Positions 23,775 to 36,716 of a stretch of DNA of 64,000 nucleotides are shown here, piece by piece. Source of the stretch: Massalongia carnosa. Taxonomy: Eukaryota. The notes under the pieces are model-generated. The model did not search any database and was not told where the DNA came from. It worked only from the letters and a program-made list of their open reading frames with translations. Positions within the stretch are counted from its first letter, which is position 1, and every line of letters begins with the position of its first letter. The position numbers and the translations under genes were made by a program. The stretch lies in assembly GCA_965645245.1 (NCBI GenBank), contig OZ287080.1, forward strand, positions 1,302,001 to 1,366,000. Reading direction: 5' to 3'.

Positions 23775-25284
23775 CTAAACTTGACTTTGCGGGCCGGGGG
23801 TGCTTCCGCTAGAATGTTCCACACTGGTATCATATTTGGAGGATCGGATGCTCTGAGTTTGCTCGCACAATGTTTAGCGAGTATTCTGGTACATGGAAGA
23901 TCACAGGATAAACCAAGAAGAGAAACCTACAAAATCCCGCTGCACCCTGATATCTCCTCTAATCACATCTCCACCTGTTTCCTCGTCATGCCCCACTCCC
24001 ACTATTCCCTCCTGGCTATCACTCGTAAGAACTCGTTCTGCAGCTCTCACCCGAGTCGTGTAGCCTTTATCCTGCGATTGGAGTTGCATGCTGCCATTGC
24101 GCGCCGCGGAGCCGAGAGACGGCTTGGAGACACTTTTTGAGCGTTTGAAAGAGTAGCGGCCGCCAGCGGAGGAGGAGAAGCTAGGGGTGAAGAGCGACTT
24201 GAAGGGGGGAAGACATCCGACAACGACAGCTGTAAAAAGGGGAACAGGGTAGGTGGTTAGCATTGGGGGTGTTCCAATTTGTAGGGATCCTTGAAGGAAA
24301 ACAGGATGCAAACGATGAAGAGACCGGGTGGATGCATACAAACTGTAGATTCAATGACAGACCAAACCGTCAACAAAACGCCATCCGTGCGAGCTCGGGT
24401 GGTGACTTCCACAGCGCGGATGATGGAGACGACGATGATGATGGTGGCGATGCCAAAGACACCAACTAGACCTAGCTTTTGCTTGGTGCCGATTTTGACG
24501 GTCCAGATAAGTTTCAAAGGAAGGGTCATTACTAGGAGACGAACAGTTTAGTCCTGAATGTATGCTGTCCTAGGCAACTTGCCATCCCTCCGCTGGCCAG
24601 TGACTGAGACTTACTCATTACATCCGAAAGAATATCAACGGTTGTGCTAAATGAGACTGAAATCGTTGTGCCACGAAGATCAATTGGCTTAACACACTGT
24701 CCTGGAGAGTTGCATCAGCGTCTCTAGAATTTAGTATTCCACACAGAACTCGAATCATTCTTACCGAATTTAAAGTACACGGAGGCGGGATGACAGTTCA
24801 TAATCGAAGAAATCCAACACCCGACATATGCAAAGAAAGTAAACACAGCAACGCCCGTCAGCCACCGCCTATATACCGGTAGCCCATCAAAAAGCCTCCA
24901 GAACATGGTCAAAAAACTCGCTTTTATGGCCCACAGCACCGTCCAGAAGAGTCCTATAGTGACGAACTCATATCGAACGTACAAATTTCCATGATGCAGC
25001 ATAGGTTTCCCTGCTGGAACAAGGCCCGACGCTGCACGCGCAATGTAGTATATATGCGGTGCCTGAATGGTCTGAAGGACACCGTTCAGAGTAAGGAGAG
25101 TCCAGGCAATATAAATCCAGTAGTCATCGTAGGCTAACCCCTCGGCCTTCCTTAGGCGAATGACTGTTCGGGCGACGACGAAGAGAAAGGCCAGACCAAC
25201 CCCGCCCCAAATAAGGGCCACGAACCCCGCTTCGGGCAGCCGAGATGCTATACCAAGAGGGATGGGTGTTGGAACGGTTGACAT
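23775..25284 (-). CDS. Rhodopsin-domain (PTH11-like) integral membrane protein, multi-exon
   Basis: Motifs RTVIRL..LAYDD, WAIKASFL, LPLKLIWTVKIGTKQKLGLVGVFG, WSVIEST and VVVGCLP, separated by GT-AG introns. The last exon and stop are uncertain. Confidence 0.85.
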
Positions 25285-26583
25285 TCTTTACACTGCAGCT
25301 AAATATCTAAGCCTAAAGCAGAAGATTCTCACAGTAGAAACGATACGATGAAAAAAATGGAAAAGCAACGAGTTTCTGATTTCATTCAAGACATTCCACT
25401 CAATTCTCACTTCTGATCTGATAGATACAATCTCATAGGTAGTTAATCAACTCGAAGTTCGACTGCGGAGTGAGGGATGATATGCGGTTTTTCTTGCTCG
25501 GCCCTATTGTTCTGACTGTCGGCACTTTCCATCACACAATCTTTTTGATGGCATCTCTGGGTGCTAATCGATAGTCTCAACTCCACAAGCGACCTCATGC
25601 AGACGCAGGAGGATGGCAAGGGTTTGCAACTGACGGCGGCACGGCTGGGGGGAATCGGTCCTCGGGTTCCGCTGCGTAGATCTCAGCCAGGGTCGATAGG
25701 GGGTTTGATTGGATCTGAGAATCTCGAGGATCAGAAACAAACCTGAAGACCAGACTGACCGCAAGCCTATCCAAGATGAGCATGAAGAGGATACAATGGC
25801 TTGAGAAATTTTCCGGTGTGCATTTGTGAATGTGCGTATCAGATGCTCTGTACGGGTTGAAGCCACATGCACGCCAAAGGGACAGTTCTGCCCGTGCATG
25901 GCTTTGAATGAGCTAGTTTGCAAGGAGGATGAATGAGGAAATAGCTGCCGCCCTCGTGCGCCATTAAAGTGGGTCGGCCGCTCTCCCGTGTTTGAAGCCG
26001 CAAATGGGAAAGACTAAGAGAGGGATCTGAAAGTGGAAGTGGACCGTGCTACTAGAGCTAACCTGCTCGGGACTGGTGCTATTGTTATCGAATTAAAGTT
26101 CTGTCAAAAAGGGTACGGCTGACACCTCGTTTAAACGACCATGACCTGCTTTGAGATTGTGTGGCGCCTGAGTGGGGTTTCTCCTGGTAGTCCTAACTGA
26201 GCAATGACGGAAACTTTCAAGATATTGTGTGCTTTGGACGAGTTGGAGCGATGTGACCTTTGCCATCCACTCTAAAATGGTGAACCCAACTAACTATTTA
26301 TAAGTTCCACGTCTAGAGTAAATAGATCATCAAATCAGTCGCCTCATACCGCTCTAGCCATGTTGTCGCTTATCTCTTTGTTCAAATGCTCCTGCTAGAA
26401 CCACTAGAACCGCTAGAACCGTCAAAATCCCTCGTCATGCTCATATGCCTTCATCGTAATATAGGGTCATGAAATTAGTGGTATATTATAGGTCTCCAGG
26501 ACTAGCATGGAATGGCGACTCAGCATTGTTAGCAGAAATTTTGTAGCTCCACACCACGAGTCATGGTGCTAACGATACAGAAT

Positions 26584-26655
26584 AATCGTGCTACTCACTT
26601 TCGGAATGGAAGCGTAAGGGATGCCCTTCCATTCCGAGGGTAAAGTAGCACGATT
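26584..26655. repeat. Imperfect ~30-bp inverted repeat (hairpin)
   Basis: AATCGTGCTACT..TCGGAATGGAAG / CTTCCATTCCGA..AGTAGCACGATT. Confidence 0.7.
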
Positions 26656-26963
26656 GCGAGCAGAATACCTACCTGTCCACCTTTGCTGGCGGAGAGTAAC
26701 TCTGTGCAATCTTGGTGGAAGCTGCATTTTTGACTAGAAACATGACTTTTTTATTATTTTGGCGAAGGTGAAGGTTAAGTACTTACATTACAGACAGAAT
26801 AATCTTTGACGTTTCCTTTTCTCGAATCATTCAGAAGTAGCAAACGTGATCCTGATAACACAAACGAACGGTGTGTAGTTAGTGAATCACGCGATCATAC
26901 ACAAAAATTAAGCTCACATCAATCACCTTTTCATTCCATCCAAAACAAGCAACAGGAAAAACG

Positions 26964-28094
26964 ATGAACCGCGAAACCCCAGCCCGTACTCCGCTGCGTC
27001 GGCCCGAACGGCCCGACCGCGCGCTACGTGATATGCTTTATGATGCTGATGGAGTAGAACGGTACGTTAGCACAGTCAAAACACCTCCCTGTCCCTACCA
27101 AGTTCCTTTCCGCGGCATTTTCCTTCCCCGCAGAGAAAATAGCCTTAAAAAGGATAATAATCGGTTAATGGTGCTAACATCTCACTCGTCCTGACAGGAG
27201 GCTTAACCTGGAGCGCGCCAGCGCCAGAGCTAGAGCCAGAGCCAGAGCCGAATTCGAGGAGAGAGCAGCTGCAGAGATGGCAACCTTGCCCCGGGCCAAC
27301 CCCACAGGCGACTCCATCGCGAATCCAACAGCGAACATCCCAGAAATAGCCGAGGAAGTAGACATGGATTCTGCGACCGAGGAAGACACCGCTGCTGCAG
27401 CACCAGGTGAGTTGGCTCCCCCCAACCCCCAAAACACAACAACAGCAATTTAATCACCAAGCCAACTAACCTCATCCACTCAGTACCCGAACCCTCTCTT
27501 GTGTACCTGCGCGAAATCTCCTCGTTAGCCTCCTGGACGGTATCAACGTACAAGCCCGGCTGCGGCGTCGACGCGCTCCGCTCACCCTCCACGGCGCAAT
27601 TCTGGCAATCTGACGGGCCGCAACCGCACCTGCTCAACATCCATTTCTTCAAGATGGTGTCGATCGTCAAGCTGCGCGTGCACCTGGACTTCGATCTGGA
27701 CGAGTCCTACACGCCGACGCGCATGGTCTTCCTCGCGGGTACGAGCATGTACGATCTCACCGAGTTCGCTGAGTGGGTCGGAGAGGCGCCGCGGGGATGG
27801 GTCGACATCGGGCTGGAGGGCGTGGGCGTGGGCGGGAACGATGTGCTTCGGGCCATGGTGGTGCAGGTGCGCGTGTGTGAGAACCATCAGAATGGGAAGG
27901 ATACACATGTTCGGGGTGTGCAGATTTTCGCGAGGGATGAGACGGTGGGCATGGCCGGCGGCAGGAGGAGTGGAGGCGGGGAGGGGGAGTGGAGCGGTGG
28001 AAAGGGGGAGCCTTTAGGGGCGTTGGTTGGGAGGGGAGAGGAGGTGCCAGGGATGGAAGAAGCGGATTGGATGGGAGATCCCGTGGTGAGGTGA
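26964..28094 (+). CDS. APC10: Anaphase-promoting complex subunit 10 (Doc1), 3 exons
   Basis: Introns 27062-27197 and 27407-27483 splice in frame; DOC-domain motifs LREISSLASWTVS, FWQSDGPQPH, DESYTP and NHQNGKDTHVRG. Confidence 0.95.
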
Positions 28095-28388
28095 GGGGAA
28101 GGCAGTCTAGGGGGAATAAGAGATGCTCGCAAGTCCGGGCCTCCGAGGACTTAGTTTACGGCAGGCCATGGCCCCACTAGGCCTGATTTAAGATTGCTCT
28201 GTGCAGTTAAGGAGGTACATATACCTATCATGTTCCAACGATCGGTTCGACAGAAAGAATATGTGTTCATTATCAGCCTCTTTGGTCAGGGGCGCGGCAA
28301 GGCGGATCAGGTGACTAAAGTTCGGTGGAAGAAGAATTTTTCCATTCCCGTTGATCGCGTTAATGCTGATTTGTACCTAACATCCAGC

Positions 28389-29819
28389 TCATTCGGACAA
28401 AACTTTTTCAAGCTCCGCCGCCACCGCATCGCCCACCTCGCTCGTGCTGGCTTTCCCGCCGATATCCCCCGTACGCACGCCCTTGTCGATCGTTCTTCGC
28501 ACCGCTTCCTCCACCGCTTTTGCTTCCGCGAGGAGGTTCAACGAGTACTGGAGCAGCATGGCCGTGGAGAGGATAGCGGCAACGGGGTTCACGATCCCCT
28601 TGCCGGAGATGTCGGGTGCTGAGCCTGGAAGAATGAAGACGTTAGCTTCCCCCCAACCTAAGCTCTAGCACAGCAGGTTGGTATAGTACACTCACCATGA
28701 ATCGGTTCATAAATGCCATTCACCTTACTCTTCCCATCAGGAATCCCGGCCAAACTCGCACTCGGCAATAAACCCAAACTGCCAGGTATTACACTGGCCT
28801 CGTCGCTAATGATGTCACCGAAGAGATTGCTCGTCACTACGATGCCGTTCAGCGCCCGTGGGTTCTTCACCATCAACATGGCCGCTGAATCAATCAACTG
28901 ATGCCCAACCTTCACCGTTGGGAACTCCCGTTCCATCACCTCGCTCACCACCTTCCGCCACAAGCGGCTGGTCGCAAGAACGTTAGCTTTATCCAGACTC
29001 CACACTGGTGTTGGTGGCTCCGTCTGCAGCGCCAAGTACCCCGCCAGCCGAGTAACACGCTCGATCTCGGCCCGTGAGTACGGCTCTGTGTCCCACGCGT
29101 ATCCGTCGCCGTTTTCCTCCTCCTTCCGCGCGCCGAAATAAATCCCGCCTGTCAGCTCGCGGATGATCATGAAGTCGACACCGCGGCACACGGACGCTTT
29201 CAACGGGGAGATTTCGACGAGGGCCTCCGAGGCGAAACTACACGGGCGTAGGTTGCCGAAGGTGCCCATTTCTTTGCGAAGCCGGAGGAGGCCTTGTTCG
29301 GGGCGTACACTGCCTGTGCCCCATTTCTGGAGACGGCAAGGAGTTAGCTAGGGTTTGCGAGATGAGAGCCGGAGGATGGAGAAGCTTGCACACCGGTCCC
29401 CCGATTGCACCTAGTACAACTGCATCTGCATTTTTGGCTGCGGCAAGTGCTTCGTCTGTCAAGGGAGAGCCGGTGGCGTCAATCGATGCCTTGGTCGCAT
29501 AGTCAGTAAGTGCGGGAGGGGCACTTCGAAGGTCGTTGCGTACTCACGCCGCCGAGCAAATGTTCCTGAAACTCGAATCTAATCTTTGATCGCTTATTTT
29601 CGATCACGCGCAAGATCTAAAAGCGAATCCCGATAAGCTGCTCCTGAACGGCAAGGAATCAACATCCTTACATTAGGTACTTACCTTGAGCGCTTCTGCT
29701 GTCACCTAAGAGTGTTCAGCACGGCCTCCTAATATTTCCATTAATATTCCTCCGACATGTAAGCTTACCTCGGGGCCACAGTGATCACCGGCGAATACTA
29801 CAATCTTGAAGGTGGTCAT
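28389..29819 (-). CDS. LEU2: 3-isopropylmalate dehydrogenase, 6 exons
   Basis: [24 protein letters not shown]|...[52 protein letters not shown]. Confidence 0.97.
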
Positions 29820-29904
29820 GTTGTGAGTTTAGAGACTGAATATGAGGGAGTGAAAACAGCGAAGCTTTAATGAAGCATCATCCATCAATGGTCCGAGTGG
29901 TAGG

Positions 29905-29914
29905 CCGTTATCGG
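29905..29914. promoter_or_regulatory. Putative Leu3/LeuB binding site (CCG-N4-CGG)
   Basis: CCGTTATCGG lies 86 bp upstream of the LEU2 ATG and matches the known Leu3 consensus. Confidence 0.6.
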
Positions 29915-30326
29915 AGCTAAAGAGAGGTTAACGCCGCGAGCCATGAGAGTTGGGCACGTGCTTAAACTAAACCTGAAGAATCCCTCCTGTCTTTCTCGTG
30001 CCACCGTGCCACCGAATAGTTACAGTCAAACGTGCGATTTAAAGAACTTCCAAAGTCTTCAGTGAGCGGTTTTCTAGCAGTGTCGATACAGATTACAAAT
30101 ACTTACCCAGCAAGACTTCATGTCATGCCTCAGGAAGCCTCTTATCTATGGAAACTATTAACAAAGTTCTTCGGCATGGCCTATCATGCTTCTGAGTGAA
30201 GTGTCATTTATCTACTTCCAGGCCCTGTGTGAAATGTTGTTCACCTTTTCATTACAGTTGTTGAGTTCAGCCATTGCGATGCTTGTGATTATGGGAACAA
30301 GTTCCTTGGCTCTTTCCACAAGTGCT

Positions 30327-30611
30327 TTGCCTCAGTACCTCAGACGTGTTGTGGCACAGCCTTCGCCTGCACTAACCTCTTTCGGTTAGCTCGGCGCTAA
30401 CTTATTTAGTCTATATGCCTAACCCTTTAAAGTTAGGCTTTGCTTACTAAGTTCGCTATGCCGCCCGAAGCATGCGTAGTAAGCTAAATAGAATCTTATC
30501 CTAAAACAGTTAAAAATTTAACTAAATTGACTTAGCTTCTGACTAATTATATACTAATCCGAAAAGGCTTAGCTGTGGCGAGGGCAAGGCAGGTCTGAGG
30601 TGCTGAGGCAA
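30327..30611. mobile_element. 285-bp MITE with 19-bp TIRs and 8-bp TSD (hAT-like TSD length)
   Basis: TTGCCTCAGTACCTCAGAC ... GTCTGAGGTGCTGAGGCAA, flanked by CAAGTGCT at 30319-30326 and 30612-30619. Confidence 0.85.
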
Positions 30612-30941
30612 CAAGTGCTAGGCATTGGAAGGATTGTTTAGAGACGCATTGAACAACTCCGAGGGCTTCTTATTTTTCTAACCGTCAGGATTACGACTTC
30701 AGGGTTATTACAAGTCGACCTATAACTAACAACAACCTCTATTATATTTCAGTTACATGTTACTGCTTAGCATTAAATGTTGATACTGACTGCCAAAAGA
30801 GAATGGATTGTTTCTACTTCGGTTAGATCTTATCTAGTTCAGATAGACAGCAAGAACATAGCATAAAAAACTGCTAATCGTGCCACACCACCAGTAATCG
30901 TTTTCGCTTACTAAAAAACGATTACTGGTGGTATGGCACGA

Positions 30942-32010
30942 TTACCCTCCAGGCTTCCGACCCGTCGCCAAAATTGCCGCCCAGTTCATCTCAATTTCAC
31001 TATCCTTCCCATACTTTTCCACCAAATATTTCAAAAGCGCCCCTTCTACCAAACCTTCGCACTTCTTTCTCTCCGCCTCGTTCCAAAAGGCTGACGTTAT
31101 ACATTTCGCCATCGTCTGAAAAGTCTCGCAAAAACTTGCCGGGCTCTTCTCCCTCCATGTGTACCGCTCGATCCGAACTTTCACATCCACAAAACCATGG
31201 GCAGTGAGCTGCCCCTTCACGAACTCGGCCTTGTGCCAGGCACCTTTGCCCCAGGATGAGATCAACGTTTCAGCGTCCGGAACAGGTGGGGAACCAGGAA
31301 GCGTGGCAAAAGCGGCGCGGATGTCAGGATACCAGCCAACGGAGTTCCAAGTGGAGAAGGCTGCGATGCCACCGGGTTTGAGCATGCGAAAACACTCTTA
31401 AGCCAGCCCAAGCGGTCAGTGACGCAGCTTGTTCCGAACCAAAACGGAGCATATCGGGTAAACTTAAAGCTTACCGTTAAGAACAAGATCAGGATCAGGT
31501 ATAAGCATAATGCCGAAATTGGTAACAACATGGCTGAACTCCTCATCGGGTAATCCCGTTTTCTAACGCCCTTAATCAGCCACCACTTTACCTATGTCTT
31601 CTTTAAATGCATCCACAGCAAAAGAGAAGAAACGACGGAAAAGAAAGAAAGACTACCATCGCATCCACAACCTCCACCCTAGCCCCCCACCCCTCCTCCC
31701 CACTCCTAACCCTCGTCCACTCCACCATACTCGGCGAAAAATCTCCGCACACAAGCCTCAACCCGACCCTCCCTTGCTCATCCAAAATCTCCCACAACCG
31801 CTTAGAAACAATACCCGTCCCGCACGCGTTATCGAGCACCACGAGCGCAGCGGGACCCTCTTCGGTGGCCGCGGAAGCAGAACCGCTAGGGCCAGGGGGA
31901 AGGCCGGCTTGGCGGAGGAGCAGTTCGGCGAAGTGGCCGGTTATGAGCTCGGCGGATTTGTACGCCGCGGCGATTTTAGGGTCGGCCCAGACGGCGGTAA
32001 AGGAAGACAT
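30942..32010 (-). CDS. Class I SAM-dependent methyltransferase, 3 exons
   Basis: Motif I VLDNACGTG, then GDFSPSM, VVDAM, FSHVVTNFG and RMLKPGG; introns 31656..31563 and 31474..31397. Confidence 0.9.
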
Positions 32011-32699
32011 TGTGGGGCTTTGGAAACGGGAATGGGAAATAAGGGAGGATGGGGGTGGTTTTATGGGTGGATGGTGAGAATCGGGGGATGGGATAGTTTT
32101 GGGGGAACGGTTGGGTAGCTGAATAGTTAGCCGAAGCTTAGGGAAGCAAAAATTCCTTCCGAAGGATCCCTTACTAATTAACTCCAATCTTACATAACCC
32201 TTTCACTTCCCTCGTCTTCATTAGGTAGGTAGGAAGGTATCCAACCAAATCTTCTCCATGAATTTATAGTTGGGTATCGCTCAGTATTTCAGATCTACTA
32301 TAGTTATGCCCGCTGAGCAAGTAAGTAAGTGGGCGAAGAGCCCTACCTAGGTACCCCACCCACATTTGACGCACATACTCCCTACTTTACTGACTTAAGG
32401 CTTGTATGTACATGTACTTACCTAGATATCGGATGTATCGGATGAGAACCAAAGCAGAAAAGCAGGAAGCAGGAAGCAGGAAGCAGGAGCATTTTGTTTC
32501 CCATACGGAGTTGGAGGTGAGGGGTTGTTTTAAATATCTTCGGTAGGTAGGTAGGTATGTAGTCATGCTTGTTAAGTATATACCAATGAAAATTGCTCAC
32601 CGCCCCCATATGTAATTAATCTACCTTCCATTACATACCCTCTAAGCCTCTAATACATACCATCCACTCCTCATTGCCCCTTTTGCACCCCCACTGCCC

Positions 32700-33290
32700 C
32701 CCCACTCCCTCCCACAACAGCCGTATGATGCGCTAGTCGGATATCTTTCTTCCTCGGGCCTTGCTGCCAGCGTCTCTATCCCCCATCGTGTCTCTCCTCC
32801 AAGATTTTGAAACGTGCAGACTTCATCTCCATGATATCGCCGCCGCGCACGTCTATGAGCTTTAGTGCACCCGCATTGAAGCCCGGGTCTGACACTTCTA
32901 AGACCAGGATGCGGAAGCCATGGTTGCAGCGTAGGCTAATCCTTTGACACTTCTTCCCGGAGTGGCGTTATGTGTCCGCGATATCGAGCAGCGCACTTTA
33001 AACTAGAGTCCAGCATTCACCATCGCCTACCGTGGTTCCTACTGCTGCTTTCGGCCAGTACGCAACGTTTTACCCGTACGCTTTATGAACATTGAGGTCC
33101 CTTTTAGATGGAGATACCGGCGTAGGGATGTGGATCTGCTTGGTTTCGACGGTTTTGCGCGGGTCCGAGTCCTTCTCGGCAACATGGATTTTGGTAGTGG
33201 TTCTAACGCAAGGCGTAGACGAGGATTTTGCAGGTGTCGCTGAAATCTTGTTCAGGAGTAACTACATGTGCAAGCTCATTTTGCTTTCAT
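32700..33290 (-). pseudogene. Pseudogene of a BBC1/AIM3 C-terminal (cysteine-proteinase-fold) domain protein
   Basis: The minus strand reads AYG*NVAYWPKAAVGTTVGDGECWTLV*SALL...HGFRIL...VRGGDIMEMKSARF, with in-frame stops. VGxGECWTL and RGDI are motifs I recognise from this domain. Confidence 0.65.
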
Positions 33291-33540
33291 GAAGGGTAGA
33301 AGAAAAGTTGAGGGTTTTTTGAAGTACCAAAAGGAGCCTAGGTTAATGTTAAAGTCTTAAGCCATTGAAGGATTTGACGATAATTCGCGAAGTTAGTTTA
33401 ATGGCTTTAACAAGGGAGAAGGGAAGCTACAACAGCGTCTACTGAAAAGGTGTGAAAATAGATTAAAGCATGCTTTAAAGCTATGATCCCAGCGTTTGCC
33501 AATGTCAAAGCTAACCGTCTCCTTTGGCGAAGTTCCCGAT

Positions 33541-34838
33541 CTATGGCTTGGGCTTGCTGCTCAAGGGCACAGGAGGTGGTGACGATGCAGCCAGAAGTCC
33601 TGAGAATATTTTTTTCGGCACCGGAGGCGGTGGTTTCTTCTTCACCGCGGATACAGCTGAGTCGGGTGTTTCGGTAACTACAGAAGGGGGTGTAACCTTG
33701 CCATAGCCGGGGCTACCACTATTTGATACATTAACCCCAAATCTATTAGAAATATCGTACTTCTTGTCCAACGCATTGGCACTCTTCAGGCCAGATGCAA
33801 CTTGGTCACCGTGCCGTTCTCGAAAATTGTTGGCAGTGGAGGCGGTAGCTCTTGCATCAGCAAGTGATACAGAAGAAGGATCTTTTCGGAACGAACTTGT
33901 AGTCTTCAATGCCGCTTGCTTCTGAGCCAATGTAGTACCCTGGCTTGGTGATCCAGGTTGTGGCGAAGTGGTTGACAATTTTGAGAATCGCGATTGTAAA
34001 TTAGTAAGCTGTGATCCTGTACTTAATGAAGAGTTTTGATAAAGCGTGCTTTTATTAGGCTCTCTCTCAGTTGGTTGAGAATTGCTAGCATCGGAAGGCT
34101 CCCCTATATTTAAGCCCGACACGTTGACTCCTGCAGCACCAAGTCTTCTCAGGGCTCCATGGCTCGTAGAACTGGTAAGAATAGATTCAGAAGGAGCTCT
34201 TGCGGCAGAAGGCGGAGGTGATGAGAAGGAACTCTGCGAAGAGGACGGATTCTGCCTGGGCGGTAGCCTTGGAGGTAATTTCGGCCTTGGTTTGGTGGTT
34301 AGAATTGGAGGGCTTCCGACCCTTTGGCCCTCAAGCTCTACTCGTCGGACTGGCGGCTTTGGAAGATTGCCGGTCGAAAGACCAGTTCTGTCGGCCCTAT
34401 AAGGAATAGGCGGTGGTGTAGCTTTCCCAGATGCTGATTCTTCCGCAGCCTGGAGCTCTCTTTGCTCTTCTTCCTTCCTTGCTCGAGTTTCGTCAACGTT
34501 CAGGGATGCGCCTAGTTCACTGCGGTCAGGAGTAATCCCGCTCGAAGCAACAGCGCCGCCATGATAAGCGACATGTTTAGGTGGAGGTCCGAATGCACTT
34601 GGGTCTTTCAGGGAAGCGAGAGGACGAGATTGATGTTCTTGGGCATCAGCATGCGGGGTTTTGCCTTTCCCAACCCAACCAGCCTACAGAAAACACTATT
34701 TTTAGTACGCGTTTGGGGATTGCTTCTGAGACGTACCACTTGGTTAAGACCTTTGAAATCTCCACGCCAACTCTCTTTCTTCCCGTCTTTGCCTGATGGA
34801 TGCCATCCTGACTTGGTCACGCTTTTCACCTTGTCCAT
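33541..34838 (-). CDS. Conserved fungal proline/serine-rich protein, 2 exons
   Basis: MDKVKSVTKSGWHP...SWRGDFKGLNQV|AGWVG (intron 34736..34684), SLKDPSAFGPPPKH, GTTLAQKQAALKT and terminal PPPVPLSSKP; many PxxP motifs. Confidence 0.85.
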
Positions 34839-35741
34839 GAAGAGTTGACGTTGGTATAGCGTTAGATAATATTCTTCAACTTCTTGGCTTAATTTCTGGC
34901 ATACATAAGGTAATTGCGGATGCAGTTGTCCGTAATCAGCTTTATTACATAATCTTACGAGGCCCATCTAGATCTAAAATTGGCTTCATCACACTCAATT
35001 TTAAGCCATGGAATACAGTATTTTCCATTCACGCACGCCATCATTCTCCAAGAAAGGGAATAGAACTTTCGTTTTGAGCATCTTGACAAGCTCGGAATAC
35101 AGAGTATATTCCTCTTATCTATCGTAGTCGCTAAATTGTGGGCTTCATTCGCATATTGAACATATAATCACTGCGACGCTTACAGACCTCCCCCAATCAT
35201 CATTACCGTCGGTGGATAAGGCTTGCCATGTCTGACTGAATAGAATCCTTACTCCGAAAGGGTATGTTACATCATTCCTGCTAAATCCTTCGAGTCGAAT
35301 CCTTCAAGTCTATCTGTCATGCTTTTAATTGTCATTGTTGTGCGTGCGAAGGAATGAAGGAACATAGTCCAACATTGGTCAACGGGCCCGTCACATGCCC
35401 GTCACATGACATTGCCACCGCGGCACAGGTAAAAATTCTTCATCCCCCACATTCTTTCTTCCTTCGGAGACATCTCTTGATCTATCCCCTGGCGGCATAC
35501 CTAGCTAGAAAATCATCTATAGATCAATGCCATTCATTTCACCTCATCTGGTCAAGACGTAAATCATCTCAACTGATCATCAGGGCAAAAAGCCTCATAA
35601 GGTTTGCATGTATGGATGGTAGACTGGTGCTATAAGAATGCCCTTGGCCCAGATTGATTTGCAATGTGCATCATCTCAAAAGCATCTAGTATCTTCTCAT
35701 TACAATCCGCACTTACTTCGCCTCGTAAATCAATCCGAAGT

Positions 35742-36716
35742 ATGGCTGCAATGAAGGCTGCCGTCATTCATAAGGCTGGTGGCCCCGAGGTGCTCAAGCT
35801 TGAGCAGATTCCCATCCCAACACCACAAAAGGGCCAGGTCGTGATCCGCGTCAAGGCGTGCGGTCTCAACCGCTCAGAGCTCTTCACCCGACAAGGCCAT
35901 TCTCCCGACGTTCGATTTCCACGCGTTCTGGGTATCGAGGCCGTGGGACTTGTGGAGGAGGCTCCGGCCAATGAATTCCGCAAAGGGGATGTCATCGCCA
36001 CGGCGATGGGTGGGCTGGGCCGTCAATTTGATGGTGGCTATGCCGAGTATACCTGTGTTCCCGTTTCGCAGGCGCAGGTTATTGAGACGCGACTTCCATG
36101 GGGAACACTTGGTGCGCTACCAGAGATGTTTCAAACGGCCTACGGATCATTGTTTAAATCACTTCGCCTTGCGAGGGGCGAGCGTCTGCTTATTCGCGGA
36201 GGAACAACCTCGATAGGGTTAGCGGCGGCTTCCATTGCCAAAAACCACGGTGCTTTTGTGGCGGCAACTACGCGCAGGGCGGATCGCGAAAAGCTGCTGC
36301 GTGGAAGCGGTGTTGATGAGATTTCGTGGACAGCGGGTCAATCGCAGAGCAGGTGAGGGCGAAATATCCAGAAGGATTTGAGAAAGTGCTGGAGCTAGTG
36401 GGTACGACTGTGTTGAAGGATTCGTTAAAATGCGTCAAAGAGGGTGGAATTATCTGTATGACCGGTATAGTCGGCAATAAGTGGTCATTTGAGAATTCAG
36501 CGCGATGGAGTCAATCCCCACCGCCGTCAGTTTAACCACGTACTCTGGCGGCCAAGAAGATTTTATGAAACTCCTTTGATGGATCTCATCGATCAGGTCG
36601 AGAACGGCACGCTTCATGTTCAAGTGGGCAAGACTTTTGGCCTGGATGAAATCGTCGAGGCACATAAGTGTATGGAAGGGAACAAAGCGGGCGGAAAGAT
36701 TGTGCTTTTGACCTGA
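35742..36716 (+). pseudogene. Intronless MDR-family (quinone-oxidoreductase-like) gene with three -1 frameshifts
   Basis: MKAAVI..GGPEVL, GLNRSE, LGIEAVG, DGGYAEY, IRGGTTSIG and GGKIV. The frame is restored by single-base additions near 36322, 36495 and 36569. Confidence 0.8.

Noticed and set aside
17821..36716. Secondary-metabolite cluster (FAD oxidase, methyltransferase, MDR)
   Set aside because: No PKS, NRPS or terpene synthase backbone gene is present, and the genes are interspersed with LEU2 and APC10.
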